This document shows positions 22,101 through 34,730 of a DNA stretch of 64,000 nucleotides, piece by piece. The notes below the pieces were generated by a model that did no database searches, had not been told where the DNA came from, and saw only the letters and a list, made by a program, of their open reading frames with translations. Every line of letters starts with the position of its first letter. Within the stretch, counting starts at the first letter, position 1. The translations under genes and the position numbers were made by a program. This DNA is from Schmidtea polychroa (Eukaryota): positions 183,198,312 through 183,262,311 of the forward strand of contig CM097886.1 of the NCBI GenBank assembly GCA_044892525.1. Reading direction: 5' to 3'.

Positions 22101-23787
22101 AACTGCAGCAGATAACATATCAATATGCTAGGCCTAGCTGCAATGAATGCCTCGATACCATATAAGGGAACTGCAGCAGATAACATATCAATATGCTAGG
22201 CCTAGCTGCAATGAATGCCTCGATACCATACAAGGGAACAGCAGCAGATAACATATCAATATGCTAGGCCTAGCTGCAATGAATGCCTCGATACCATATA
22301 AGGGAACTGCAGCAGATAACATATCAATATGCTAGGCCTAGCTGCAATGAATGCCTCGATACCATATAAGGGAACTGCAGCAGATAACATATCAATATGC
22401 TAGGCCTAGCTGCAATGAATGCCTCGATACCATATAAGGGAACCACACCAGATAACATATCAATGTGCTAGGCCTAGCTGCAATGAATGCCTCGATACCA
22501 TATAAGGGAACAGCAGCAGATAACATATGCTGCTCAATACAAAATCAGAAAGCGTGTTACCAGTAAATATATCGACACCTTCAAATAGCCTCAATCTCAC
22601 GCGTAAATGGCGCATGATTGGATATTGCAATAATAATAACATCACAAATAATTATTTTCATTGCTTTTAATGAATTATTTCCAGTTTAATAATGAATATT
22701 ATATTATAATTATATTTATTTATTATTTGATAATATGGCAGCGCATGTAAGGCTACTTTATAAAGGTTATTTGCTAATCAATCGCTTCTGCTTGGGGAGC
22801 AAGATATTATATTTGATGGCCCATTGAAGCCATTATGACTGTTGCTGGTAGCAATTGCTATGATTGTTATTGGCCGTTCTAGTGTTAGTTATCTAAATTG
22901 ATAAATTATTGGCTGTTGGCAATGCAATTTGCTGCGGCGGCTGGTAAAGGGCAAGATCATATGATAATGCTGTCACATCGATATTGGCCATATCGGGCCT
23001 GCAGGGAGCTATTGCATTCTCACCCCGCTAACGGTTCCATTGACACCTCATTCTGTGCTCTCTTGCCTCTCACTAGAGCTCTCTGAGGCAGTTCTCAATG
23101 GCATTTCATTCATTGCTCCTTATGCAATCCATTTCACATATTCAATTAACCAGATCGCAACTCACCAGATTTAATTGATATTTCATTATATAAAATGTTA
23201 ATGTTTACTTTTGTTCGGCAATCGATTCGGCATTTCCGCTGCAGCAATAATTTCAATATTTCTGAATGCCCATAGCTGCTAGCATAATGAATTGCTCTGA
23301 ATCCCTGCAATTTATCAATTAATTAATTATTTGCAATGATTATTTACCCCATTGCTCTCAGATTCCACATCGCAGTTGCTGTCAAGCAATAATTTCAATA
23401 TTTCTGAATGCCCATTGCTGCTAGCATGATGAATCGCTCTCCATCCCTGCAATTTATCAATTAATTATTTATTTGCAATGATTATTTACCCATTTGGTCT
23501 CAGATTCCACATCGCAGTTGCGGTCAAGCAATAACCTGGCAATATCAACAAATCCCTCACGGCAAGCAATGTGAATGGGCAACCGGCCCTGAAATCAGAA
23601 ACATTAACCCAATAATTCACATTGCCAATCAATCTCACATAATCATCAACAATCCTATGCATAAATTCTCCCCTCAAATTATCCCTGACGCCCTCCACAT
23701 TTCCCCTCATCAAGTGCTCCTTGAAACATTGAAAATCCCTGCAATGCAAATTATCCAATGCAAATCATAATCAATATTTCACCCCAT
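19109..23787 (-). CDS. Ankyrin-repeat 5' exon cluster, copy 1 (about 310 aa if it ends at the TGA at 19109-19111)
   Basis: Proposed ATG at 23787. Exons 23787-23783, 23738-23639, 23588-23490, 23446-23348, 23304-23209, then a 3.3-kb intron, then 19921-19844, 19799-19716, 19673-19587, 19540-19475, 19431-19342, 19298-19209 and 19147-19109. All GT-AG and in frame. Motifs GRLPIHIACREG, GWRAIHHASSNGHSEILKLLL, GGKSPLDYAKQYN, FLELAVNQGH. Confidence 0.8.
20644..22664 (+). mobile_element. Internally deleted piggyBac transposase remnant hosting the 68-bp satellite, copy 1
   Basis: Acidic N-terminus (MSEILANTNEKPDEYSGNESDEHYDSE), KGANVTVDEQLFPTK (first catalytic D), D.MARKCSVKSGPRIWPLQVPFNMLGLAAMNA (after the third D), and decayed cysteine-rich tail TRKW.MIGYCNNN. 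TIRs not identified. Confidence 0.85.
21033..22528 (+). repeat. 68-bp tandem array, 22 units
   Basis: Unit CAATATGCTAGGCCTAGCTGCAATGAATGCCTCGATACCATATAAGGGAACTGCAGCAGATAACATAT; 1496 bp = 22 x 68. Confidence 0.98.
23244..23527 (-). repeat. 142-bp tandem module (99-nt ankyrin exon + 43-nt intron), 2 units
   Basis: Periodic GCAATAA at 23244, 23386 and 23528. Confidence 0.95.
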
Positions 23788-24999
23788 CTTGATATTTACT
23801 TTCTGTTTTATCTATCAATTAATTGCAAAATCAATAAATTTAATTATAATTTAATTAACAAGTTCAAAATCAAAAAATCTTACTTCCTAAAATCCAAATG
23901 AAATCAATTAAATAGCAGCCAATCAATTCTCAAGGCTAAATAATAAATTTGAAGCGATAAAACAAATCAATTGCAATCAATAATAAATGTAATATATATA
24001 ATGGAATTGTCAGGCTGATAAAATTGATATTCAATATTCAATGCGACAACCGAACGATCTGACGGATTCCCCCGATGCGGCAATTATTATCAATGATTAC
24101 AACATTCCATGAAGCTGCAAATATTATTATTATTCTTTGGTAACTTTCAAATAATTTGCAAGCATTACACAAATGCCTAAATATTATTTTAAATGCTCAA
24201 TTATATCCACTCAAATCCTCATGCTAATAAATAACAATATTAATAACAATTTTATACAAATCATTTAATTGCTTTATAATTGCCATTATTTCATAACATC
24301 ACATATAATTGTTACATAAAATGAATAAATTTATTAATTAAATAATAAATCAAATAGAAATTATATTAATAAATACAAAGATGAAAAACATAAAAAATTA
24401 AACATTTGAATAATTATAAAAGCCAACATAATTATATAAACAAATATACAAAAATATTATAATGGTAATATAATTGAAAGCACATTAACGCAAAACAAAT
24501 ATATTTCACTAAAACTGGAAATAATAATGCTTAAATTAAATCAGCAAATGTTTAACAAAAAATATCATAATATTCTAAAAATTTAAATATTTTAATTTCA
24601 AATATATAATGCATTAGTAAGATGGGAAACTACTTACAAAATTATTAAAAGTTTGTTTAAAATTAATGGTTTTTTGAATTTGACTTTGGAATTTGATTTA
24701 CTGTTCACCTCTTAAGTGGTAATTGATAACATTTTTGTGAACATAATTTTTCAAAGTTTCTCTATGTCTCAATTCGAATTTGGAATTTTCAGTTTTCATC
24801 ATTATTTACAATCGTCTTTCTTCCAAAAGTGTATTGTTGGTTTCTGAACTATGCCGAAATTCCGAGCATTTTGAAAGCTACAGAATATTATTATTTTTAC
24901 TTCATGATTCATTAGTCGAGAACACTTCAGATCTATTTCAGGACGAGGAGATTTTAATCGGTTTTTCCTTATTAGTTTCATTCATTAAATTGCTTCAAG

Positions 25000-27900
25000 T
25001 TACGATCAAGGACATTTTGGATTGGTACTTATTCTGAGGATCCATAAAAACTCGAGGTTTCGAGCTTATATGATATCACTGGAGTAATTACAAGATATAA
25101 TTCTGCGTTCAATAAGGCTCATTTATAATTATTCATCTGACAATTCCACTCATATTTCATTAATGATTTTGCCAATCATGACAGAAAATAGCTATTTTAG
25201 CTCCTCGGTTTATAAAAAATTGATCAAAGATTGAACCGTAACTAATAAAGCAATTGTTGGGTCGCTTAGGGGTGTGTCATTTTATTGCTAAAATGTTTTA
25301 GGGGTATTATATGTAAGGAATTGACTCCTTTCTAAACGCCTTAATGACTATTGTACTTTAGACCATCTGTGTACCCATGTCAGAGGTGTACGCAATGATT
25401 GAAAATCAATGACCAGGTGAGCTCTATTGCTAAAATTACTCCTTATTGCATTTTCTTTTCAGATTCTGGAATCCGATAAAAAGTCTTACGTCATTATTCA
25501 GTATCTGTTCTATCGCTAGATCATTGTCATGTTTTCATTTAACTGTGGTCTTCATTGCCCATTTCAATAATCTATTTTATGTATCCTTATGATTCTATAG
25601 CCCTTCAAATGTTTTATGGTCTGTTCTAATAACTACCTCTGTTCTATATATATGGCCTAAATTATTTCTATTGTTGAATATCTTAATTGGGCACCTTTTA
25701 ACGTTTTACTTGCATTAGCTATTACATAAACTTTACATTTTTCTTCTTCTTGTATTAAGACTGCCCCTACGGCTTTACCGCTGGCGTCAGTCATAACTAT
25801 AAATTGTTTTTTAAAGTCTGGGTATCTTAATATTGGTGCAGTTACTAATTTTTCGTTTATTGATCAATGTTTTTGATGTTTTGCTGTCCATTTCTTTTGT
25901 GGTTTATTGATTTTATCGTTTATACTTTGTACTATGAACACATTTTTACTTTCTCCCTTGGTTTTTATTCCTTTAGTTAATTCTATCATCGGTGCTTCTA
26001 TTTTTGCATACTCTTGTATAAATTTACGATAATACCTTGTTAAACCTAAAAATCCTTGCACTTGTAATGTTTTTGGGACTGGAAACTTTTTTACAGCTTC
26101 AATTTTATCTGGGTTTAGTGTTATGCCCTCCACACTAACAATATGTTCCAAATATAACGCTGAGGGCTCCGCCCATTTACATTTAGTTGATTTAATCTTT
26201 ATCTTTGTCTTTCTTAATCGCTGTAATACGTTTGTAATGTCTTTTAAATGTTCCTCAAATGTTTTTGATGATATTAGTATGTCGTCCATGTAAACTGCGC
26301 AATGATGTACACCTACTAATATTGTATTCATTAAACGCTGGAAGGTTGATGGTGCATTGGTTAACCCAAAAGGTAATCTTTATTTGCATAAATGGCTGAA
26401 AAATATTTAGAGTCTCTTAATTTATCAAATTGTTCTTGTGCTTTTGGAAATGGGTATGAGTCTTTTACTGTTACGTCATTTAGTTTATGATAGTCAATGC
26501 ACATTCTTATTTCTCCATCTTTTTTTCTAACTGGTACTATTGGTAGTGCCCATTGTGAAAAACTTTGTTTAATTACACCTGCCTGTTTTAATTCTTTAAT
26601 TTTTCGTTTTATTTCCTCCTTCAATTTATAAGGTACTCATTAGGGTCTTTGTTTTATGGGTCTATCATTATCTGTATCTATCACATGTCTAATGATGTCT
26701 GTATCTCCTAAATTAAATTCATGTTTAGCAAAAACATCGTTACATTCATCAATTAAGGTTTCTAATTGTGATTGTTGATTTTCATTTAAATATTTATTAT
26801 CAATTTTTACTTTATCGTAGAATTTTATGTTATTTGGTTTAACCAGTTCGACAACGTTTTCACTCGTATTCTCCGTTATTCACATCTCACTTATTTCAAT
26901 AATTTGTTCTGCTTTTCCTTTAAATAGCTTTCATAGTTTTGTATCTTTATGTATTTTTATATTATTATTTTCATAATTTGCAAATCGTATCAGGATTATT
27001 CCGTTTTTTGGAGTTACACACTCGTCTATCAGCATACATTGTGATTTTTTGTGATTGCCGTAACAAGCTCAAAAATAAAAGTGTCCTCACTTTTGATATT
27101 AACTTTTACAGGAACTATATGACTACATTTGTATTCTAGCTCTAAACCTTCTAAAACGATTACCTCTGAAAATTTTGCGTTACGGTGGTTTGCTTTCCTT
27201 TTAACTGTACTATTTGTTAAATCTATCACACAATTTTCTAGTTTATTAAGTATGTCCATTCCAAGAACACATATGCTTTTGCACTCCTCAGCGACTTTAA
27301 TATATATGATTTATTGTTTGACTTGCCAAATGGGCAGTTAGCTCAATGTTTTCTTTTAATGGAATATCGTGTGCTGACAATGATACCACTCTTTCTCTTG
27401 TCGTTACAATATTTTTCTTTTGATTCTCTGTTAATTAACCCTCTCTTATCAATGATGCTGCTGCTCCTGTATCAACTTGAGCATATATGCTTATAATATC
27501 TATTGTTATTTGAAGTAGTGGTCTTGCTTCATTTGCCGATCCCCATAGGTCATTTATGCAAAGTTCCAAACTATAGCACCCGTATATATTTTCTGGGTAT
27601 ACCATGACAACCTTTGCTTAGTTTTGGCATCTTAATTTCAATATTATTTTCCATTTCTTTTAATAAATCTCTTTGATTATCGTATAGGCCTTTGCTTGGC
27701 TGTTGTTCTGATTCTTCCGGGTTTCTTCATCTTTTTCTATGATCATTATTTGCTGCTAGTCTTTTCTTTGTCTTTTTATTAATCGGATCTATTTGTCATG
27801 TTTTGCTGTTATTAAATATTTCGCTATGAATGGACAAAAACATGCTATTAGCTTGTACGAATTTCCAAACACTTGTCTGAGCTACTTTAATGACACTAAT

Positions 27901-28600
27901 GATGGGCAAATCATTTTCAATAGAGTCACTGTATAGTATATTCATAATATTGCTGAGAACATGTTTCCGAGGATTGCGAAATATCCCAATATAATATATA
28001 ATATTTGGTATAATACTCAGTATACCACCTTTTTTTAAATGTTCCTCTACCTGAATAGTTTCCATATATACTTCATAATCATTGTAATTGCTCCGTTTAT
28101 GACCTAATTGGTTTTGACTTCCTTAGTTATCGTTCTTAATTAGTTATTTCTGTTGACCATTTTAGTAATTCCCCTTCTTCTGTTTACTCTCGTTTATCCT
28201 ACTGTTTAGATAATTGCTCTCTAAATTCTCAAATTGTTTATTTCCCCAAATTGCCGCGCTCAGGTTTTCTTCATCGCTCGGGTTCTCCATTGGCTCGGAC
28301 TTCCCATTAGCTCCGGTTATCCATTAGTCAATTAATTAATAGTTTGTGTTTTTCCATATTTGGTTGTTTTTCGACCTTTCTAAGCATTTTCTAACAATTT
28401 ATTGCTCACTGTTCTTCATTATTCCCAAATCTACAGCTGTCCCGTTTTTCAGCTTCAATTTCGATAACATTTCACTTTATCCCACTTCCTCAGATTTGCA
28501 AATGTTTTTATTTCGTGTCTGATTGTACTATTTTATAGTTCTGTTTTTGTCATATCTTTCTTTGCCATTAATTCTCCGCTTGATCACCATTCTCTTTCGT
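25000..28600 (-). mobile_element. Second, older Ty3/gypsy element (gag-PR-RT-RNase H-decayed integrase), copy 1; ends approximate
   Basis: Protease AQVDTGA (~27450) and LGMDIL; RT WALPIVPVRKKDGEIRMCIDY.KLN, YMDDILI, VQGFLGLTRYYRKFI; RNase H LVTAPILRYPDFKKQFIVMTDASGKAVGAVL and RTDHK. Many stops and frameshifts; LTRs not identified. Confidence 0.9.
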
Positions 28601-28849
28601 TCAATTTTGGTTTTCTTTTTACTCGAAATTATTTAATTTAACGTAATTTAATAATTCACTTTTACAACCTCATCATAAATAATATTTGTAAATATTATAT
28701 TAATAATTAAACATTAGGTAAAATTATAATATAATTATATAATTGAAATTAATAGAAATATTGTAGAATGATGTTTTCTTGCTTTATATATTGTTGGTGT
28801 AAAATAATCCTCTTGTTTTGTACTGGACAAGACCCATGCTCAAAATAAT

Positions 28850-29275
28850 CAACGTTTTACGGATTTCGTAATGTGACAAATTTTTTTGGGGTACTCGAAC
28901 CAAAATATATAGTCAAATTATCAACAGTATCCGGAGGTTATATTTTCTGAGTTTCACACCCAGCTTCTGAATGTTATCTCAATTGTGAAGAATGAATTGA
29001 AGGAAAAGATATAAATTAAAACATTTGCGGAATTACTTCTTACAAAATATAGCTTTTTAAAAAGTGAATTTTCGGAAATCTTTATAGCTTTCATGTTGTT
29101 TTTACACTTTCTGTTACAGGAGCTTTTCTATACAGAGAGGATATTTAGCAAATTCAACATTATCAAAGATTACAAAAGAAATTCTATTGTCCAAACTAGA
29201 CTACGTGATCTTGCTATCCTAAACATAGAACATGCAGAAGCAGATAAAATGGATCTCAAAGACCTTGGCAGTTGA
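28850..29275 (+). mobile_element. hAT C-terminal dimerisation fragment (ZMYM1/Tip100-like); copy 2 starts at ~63790 and is cut by the window end
   Basis: F.EIFIAFMLFL..SVT.A...R.FSKFNIIKDY.RNSIVQTRLRDLAILNIE matches the hATC motif (LFLTLPVT.AS.ERSFSKLK.IK..LRS.M.Q.RL..LA.L.IE). Confidence 0.75.
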
Positions 29276-30204
29276 CGTTCCACACGGGATGTTTATATTC
29301 TCACGATGAAATGTTCTTATGAAATATGTAATTAAGTTCCATTATCGCAGTTGTCGCAGACCGGATGTCTACGTGATGGATGAATTGGTAAACCTAATCT
29401 CGTAGTACAGAATCGAATACATGTGCTTTTGAATTTTTTCCTTGGGAAAATACGATGGAGCAATGAAATGGTCGTGTATGCTTCTTGGAATAATAAAATT
29501 TACTGATATCGGAAATTGGCTTGGAAAAATCTATCTAGCAAGATGCAAAGAAGTCGAAAATTCAGAATTGGAGTCTAAAAAGAAAATCCTATTCATTGAA
29601 CCGATGATATTTAATGTCTAATCGTTGTGAAGGTAGTCATGGAAAAATTCGTTTCCAATTGTTGACGAGTGCATCATCATCGAGGAGTGGAGATTTGCTC
29701 ATAGACTAAAGGTAATATTCCGTGTAGTGAGAAGTCGTTGCCTCGGTATCACCATTCATGCGGATCAACTGAGAACTACTGACACAAGTGCCATCAATTC
29801 TCAATCAACCCCCCGAACGGGTCAAACCACATCTATAAATCATATTAAGTTATAAAAAATTCTCAATGCAAATGTTTAATACATTTATATGAAAAATTCA
29901 AATAGTTATAAGTTCAATCAAGGTCAATATTCAGCAGTTATCTCGCCCAAGATGGAATCCTACGAAAGTTTCTCTCTCCCACAGCACAATAAATTTCTCA
30001 TTTCAGACTTATTATCACACGTCTCTCCATCATGCCTCTATTTTCTCATCTCCTTCCTTTAGTTGGTCATCTCATTCGATTTCCATAGATGTCGGATTTA
30101 TCCCCTCATCTTCACATGTCCATGCGATTTCCCAATGTCCTACCAAAGTTTCTGACATTCAACTATTTTCTTTCTTACTCAGTCCAATTTCTAGTGGCTG
30201 TGAT

Positions 30205-33015
30205 TAGGGAATCCATTTTTTAACAAAAACCGAATTCCGGAATTTTCGGATTTACGTAAGATGAAATTCAGAATTCCGGAATTATTCTGGAATTGAAAAA
30301 TAAAAAGTCAAGAGCAAAAAAAATGTTAACCAGCATAAATTTATTTCAAAGTAAACAAAGAAAATTTTTATTTTTGTATTAATATTAATAAAAAAACATA
30401 AACAAAACAAATTCAATATTTAAAAAAATATAATATAAAAATAAAAATTACTATATAAATAAAAATTTATGTTTGCTTTTTGAAGAAGCTTCTCAGCATA
30501 CACAAATTGTCCAATGTAGTATCATTAAGTCTTGACCTAATTTTTGTTGAAAATGCTCCAGCGGCGGAAAAGGCTCTCTCTGCTTCAACACTTGTTGGGG
30601 GAATACACAAAAGGTTTTGTAAATTATTTCCAAAAATGGTCCACGAAATACACCTTCGTCCCAAAATTTTAATTCATTTCGAATAGCAAATTGAATTGAT
30701 ATTTTTTTTTTAAGTTTTTGTAGTCGGCTGTAAAAGTGACTGCTGGATTTTTTGCTGCAACAATTTCTGTAAGGAGGGCTGCGTTTCACTTTCAAAAGAT
30801 TCGTTGGGTTCAAATACTAAATCAGAATCAGACTCGGAATCCGTTGAATCAACTTCAGCAGTAATTTCATCATTAAGTCGCCGGGCCAGTAATAGAATAA
30901 TTTTATTTATTTCTGTTTTCGAGTGACCGGAAATGCTCTTGTGAATTTTTGTTTTGCCACCATTATGCAAATATTGTAGCACATCAGATAAAATAGTTCT
31001 TCTCCGATTGAACTGGAGTTCTATCTCTTTTTTCAATTCAAGGGCAAATTCGTCATTCTCACTAAAATTTTGTAACATAAACGTAAATGTTGCATCCGCA
31101 GAAATTAAATTAGCATCTGCACGGCATAATGCGTCTACGGTTAATTTTACTGGCATCAAATTTTTAGATATTCGTGATACCGAATCCCATTCTGATTCAT
31201 ATAAAATTATGTCCGTTTCAATGTCAATTAATGCTTTTTTAATGAACTTTTCAAAATATTAAAACGCTCTAACATAGACAACATGCTATTGCATCTAGTT
31301 TTCGAATCTAACACAAGCTGTAATTCTTTTTTATGATCTTGCTTCACGTATTTTTGAAGCACTTCTTTTTTCAAAGAAGAACGACGAAAGGTTTTAACAA
31401 TTTTCCGAACTTTTGTGATTAATGCTCGTAGTTGAAAGTTTTCAGTTGTTTCCATAACATCAGTTTCAATTCCCATATCTACCCGCATTCCATTGTCATC
31501 ATCCTCATCATCAGTAAGATTTTCTTCATCTACCTCAAAGTTCCGTTCATTTTCATTATTGTCCTGCTCTACTTCGTTTTCTGTTGCATTATCTACTAAA
31601 TCCAACGTTTGCTTTTTATAGAGTACATTACCAATTGCAATTTGAATTGCATGAGCAAAACATAAAATTTGTTCGCAGGATAACAATCTACTAACTTTTT
31701 GCATCATGGAGGCACTATCTCTAACAATGCACAAAATATCATTTCCAATATTTAATTGGCATGATTCAAGCTTTTTTTCCAGCAATTTTATACAATCTTT
31801 AGACGCAAATCGGCCATTTTTACGAGCCAATCCCAAATTCCAGACCCGATCTCCTGATCCATGCACGTTAATATTTCGAGAAGAAGTCCATTCGTCAAGT
31901 GTCAGATTGAAACGTACGTTTCTGTTTTTTTCAGAAATAATTCCCGAAATTATCGACTGCCGAATTTTTTTGCTGTAATCCATCACGACTTTTTGTATAC
32001 TGGTAGGTGATTTCGGAATATCACAAAATCCCCGCGTTCATAAACATTTTCTTAAATCGTCTGAACTACAAAATATGCGAAACGGTAATCCGTCTGAAGC
32101 TACCATTCGAGATATTACTGCGGCAAAACTTTCGTCTACTTTTGAAATATAAAAATCTTTAATCGTTTTGATTTTTGTAGCTAAATCGCCGGTATTCGCA
32201 CCAGCAGCATCCGTATCATCAATTTTTCGTTTATTTAAAATCTTGTTATGTTTAGTCCGCAAATGGGTGCGTATGGGTGTTGTACACCCACCCAATATCT
32301 TTAAAGCCTTCCTACATTGTGTACATTTCGCCACTTGAGTTTTTGTCCCTCGTAAAAAATGAGTCCACACCAAATTTGAAGTACTCTCTTTGGAGACATC
32401 TATAAAAATTTTGTCTTGCTTATCCGCATTCCTTGGGATTAAACATATGTACACAAGAAATATATGAAATTTTGAAACTAATAAAACCTACCTATATCAA
32501 ATGCTACCGTGAAGAATTGAACTTGAATGGTTAATTAAATATTTATATTATTAAAATAAAATGAAATGATTTGCTGATTAGTAAATTTAATATTAAATAT
32601 TAGACAAGAGGACGTTATTAAAATGATAATGATTTACTGTTTATTTATACTAAATTTACTATTACACTTAAATATAACATATAACACAACACAACAAAGG
32701 AAAAAACATTTCTATTATGATATAATTTCACAAAAAATTTAAATGTCAAAACGAATAACATTATTTTTATTTCTCATGGCAAACTGTTTGTATTTTTTTT
32801 TAAAAATAAATCGTTACAATACAAAGTAATAATATAGTTTTTTTGTATAATTTTTTGTCAGTCGCTGGAATTCCGTGTAATTTGTTAAAAACAAAAAAAT
32901 ATTTAAATGCGAATAATCGGGAATTCGATTCATTTCAATTCCGGAATTTCGAATATAAAAAACAAGGCGGAATTTCGGAATTCCGAAATTTCGAAATCCG
33001 GATTTGGATTCCCTA
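30205..33015 (-). mobile_element. 2.8-kb hAT transposon with a BED finger (Ac/hobo-like); transposase fragmented
   Basis: 11-bp TIRs TAGGGAATCCA / TGGATTCCCTA and subterminal GGAATTCC repeats. BED VWTHF...AKCTQC...GCTTPIRTHLRTKH, LTLDEWTS, CFAHAIQIAI, LDSKTRCNSMLSMLERF, and hATC CIPPTSVEAERAFSAAG...RSRL.D.TLD.LC.LRS. TSD is only degenerate (GCTGTGAT vs CTGGTGAC). Confidence 0.92.
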
Positions 33016-33586
33016 CTGGTGACGCTTTCTCAACTCAGTCTTTATTCCCATTAGGTTGACTTTTCAAACCTCTCGATACTGGCGGCGCTTTCCTTACTCT
33101 TTGTTATTTAATTTAAGCTGATTTTTCTAGTTTCTATTACTATCCTCTTTTTGTGTGTTTTCTATCGTTACTGGTTCAAGTCCTAGGTTCACTATACTAT
33201 TGTCTTTACTCCTTACGTTGTGTCCTTTTATAAACGTTTACTTCCCCTACTGTAGGTCCCAACATGCCTCTTTTTGTTACTCTTCCGTGTTTTCCCCACT
33301 CTTCTAACTCGGATGCGAAACACTCGCACTGGTCGGTCTCCGATCGTGTGGTGGATCAGTCACACACAGAAACGTTCCAGTAGATGCGATGGGCTCTGTT
33401 CCATATCTTTCGTCAGGACAGTTGGTATTTCCCTGTGCCTTATCCACACTACGCTGAGTGAAGCTCATGGGTCGTGGATTTGTCAAACAAGAAAACCAGA
33501 AATAAAGAAAAGGAATGGAACAATTAATCCTATATCCCTACATATCTCTACATTTATTATATATCATTTTGATTTGGGTGTATACA

Positions 33587-33997
33587 CCGATGTAAGCAAT
33601 TATTTATGTATTATTAGTCTTATTCTTGGCACTCTGTTCTTCCAATACCATCTCTTTTCAATGTTGTCTTGGTTCTTCCTACCATACGGATCTTTTATAA
33701 CATAGGTTATCACTATCCGCCTGAAACCTTTCTCATACCTCATTTTGTTGCATAATATTGCTAATCATATAACAGTCCTGAATTACCGTGCTAATAATTC
33801 GTTGTTTTCTCATTTACGCAACAGGAAAAACACAGATACATGTGTTCCATTAATCGTTCTATCTCCATCTGGATATATTTTTAAATTCCACTTGTAACCA
33901 TTTTTCTATGAATATAATGCTAGATTAGTTATAGCTATTTATGTACTGTTTTCAGCTCGTTGCATTTTCCTTTTTACATCCGGTATTCTCCGTTAAG
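33587..33997 (-). pseudogene. Decayed TRAF-type MATH domain, copy 2
   Basis: Same sequence as 160-570 at offset 33427. Confidence 0.75.
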
Positions 33998-34524
33998 TTC
34001 TCTAGATGTATTCCTTTATCCAGTACTATTCATAAAAATGAGCAAGTACTAGCCTTTCCACAATGTTACCCATCCTGGATTCGCATTCGCAGCGGTTAGC
34101 CTTTAAGAGACGATTCGATTATCTCTAGGTTAAGTCTTGATTAAGATTCTCTTTATTTGATATTTGGTGCCTTATTATTTATTGTGTTTTGTTATATTTT
34201 TATTTGAATGCCTTTTTAATAGACTTTTGCTGTTCCGACTTTCCAATTTATCATCATGCATTTTGACATCCTTGGGTACTCCACCCTTGGATTGGTGTGT
34301 GTACAGAATACAAAATATTAGTACTATTAATTGGCTAGATACTCATGATAATTAATCGTGATTATTACTCGAGGTAATTTGATCTTTCATGTAGCCTCTA
34401 ATCCACACATTCATCCCCATCCCTCTTTTAGAGTACGTTCCAAAAGAATTCCGTTCTATGAGAACTATCACTGGATCCATTCATCTATTCACGATTCTGG
34501 TAATATTCAAAAATTAACATTTGA

Positions 34525-34730
34525 NNNNNNNNNNNNNNNNNNNNNNNNNNNNNNNNNNNNNNNNNNNNNNNNNNNNNNNNNNNNNNNNNNNNNNNNNNNN
34601 NNNNNNNNNNNNNNNNNNNNNNNNNNNNNNNNNNNNNNNNNNNNNNNNNNNNNNNNNNNNNNNNNNNNNNNNNNNNNNNNNNNNNNNNNNNNNNNNNNNN
34701 NNNNNNNNNNNNNNNNNNNNNNNNNNNNNN
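34525..34730. other. Run of 206 N
   Basis: Directly visible; same flanks as 1104-1317. Confidence 1.

Larger units (their letters stand above)
1..33427. repeat. Tandem segmental duplication unit, copy 1 (true breakpoints not visible)
   Basis: Sequence from base 1 (tttccctgtgccttatcc) recurs at 33428. All ORFs recur with offsets of 33427, 33389, 33387, 33386, 33361, 34515 and 34941, which the indels and repeat-array length changes explain. Confidence 0.97.

Noticed and set aside
21033-22528. 68-bp array (and 54392-57043) as a CRISPR array
   Set aside because: No unique spacers; monomers differ only by point variants. The context is eukaryotic, no cas genes are present, and the monomer is piggyBac-derived.
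22898-23086. Plus-strand ORF with LAMQFAAAAGKG, superficially ankyrin-like
   Set aside because: No second repeat, no clear splice structure, and opposite strand to the real exons; unsupported.
23486-23758. 90-aa ORF MDNLHCRDF... as a standalone gene (also 58427-58699)
   Set aside because: It reads through an intron and into the wrong frame of the ankyrin exon; the spliced model explains the sequence better.
33395-33425. Second CTGACGA motif on the minus strand as a hammerhead
   Set aside because: No stem II followed by GAAA.
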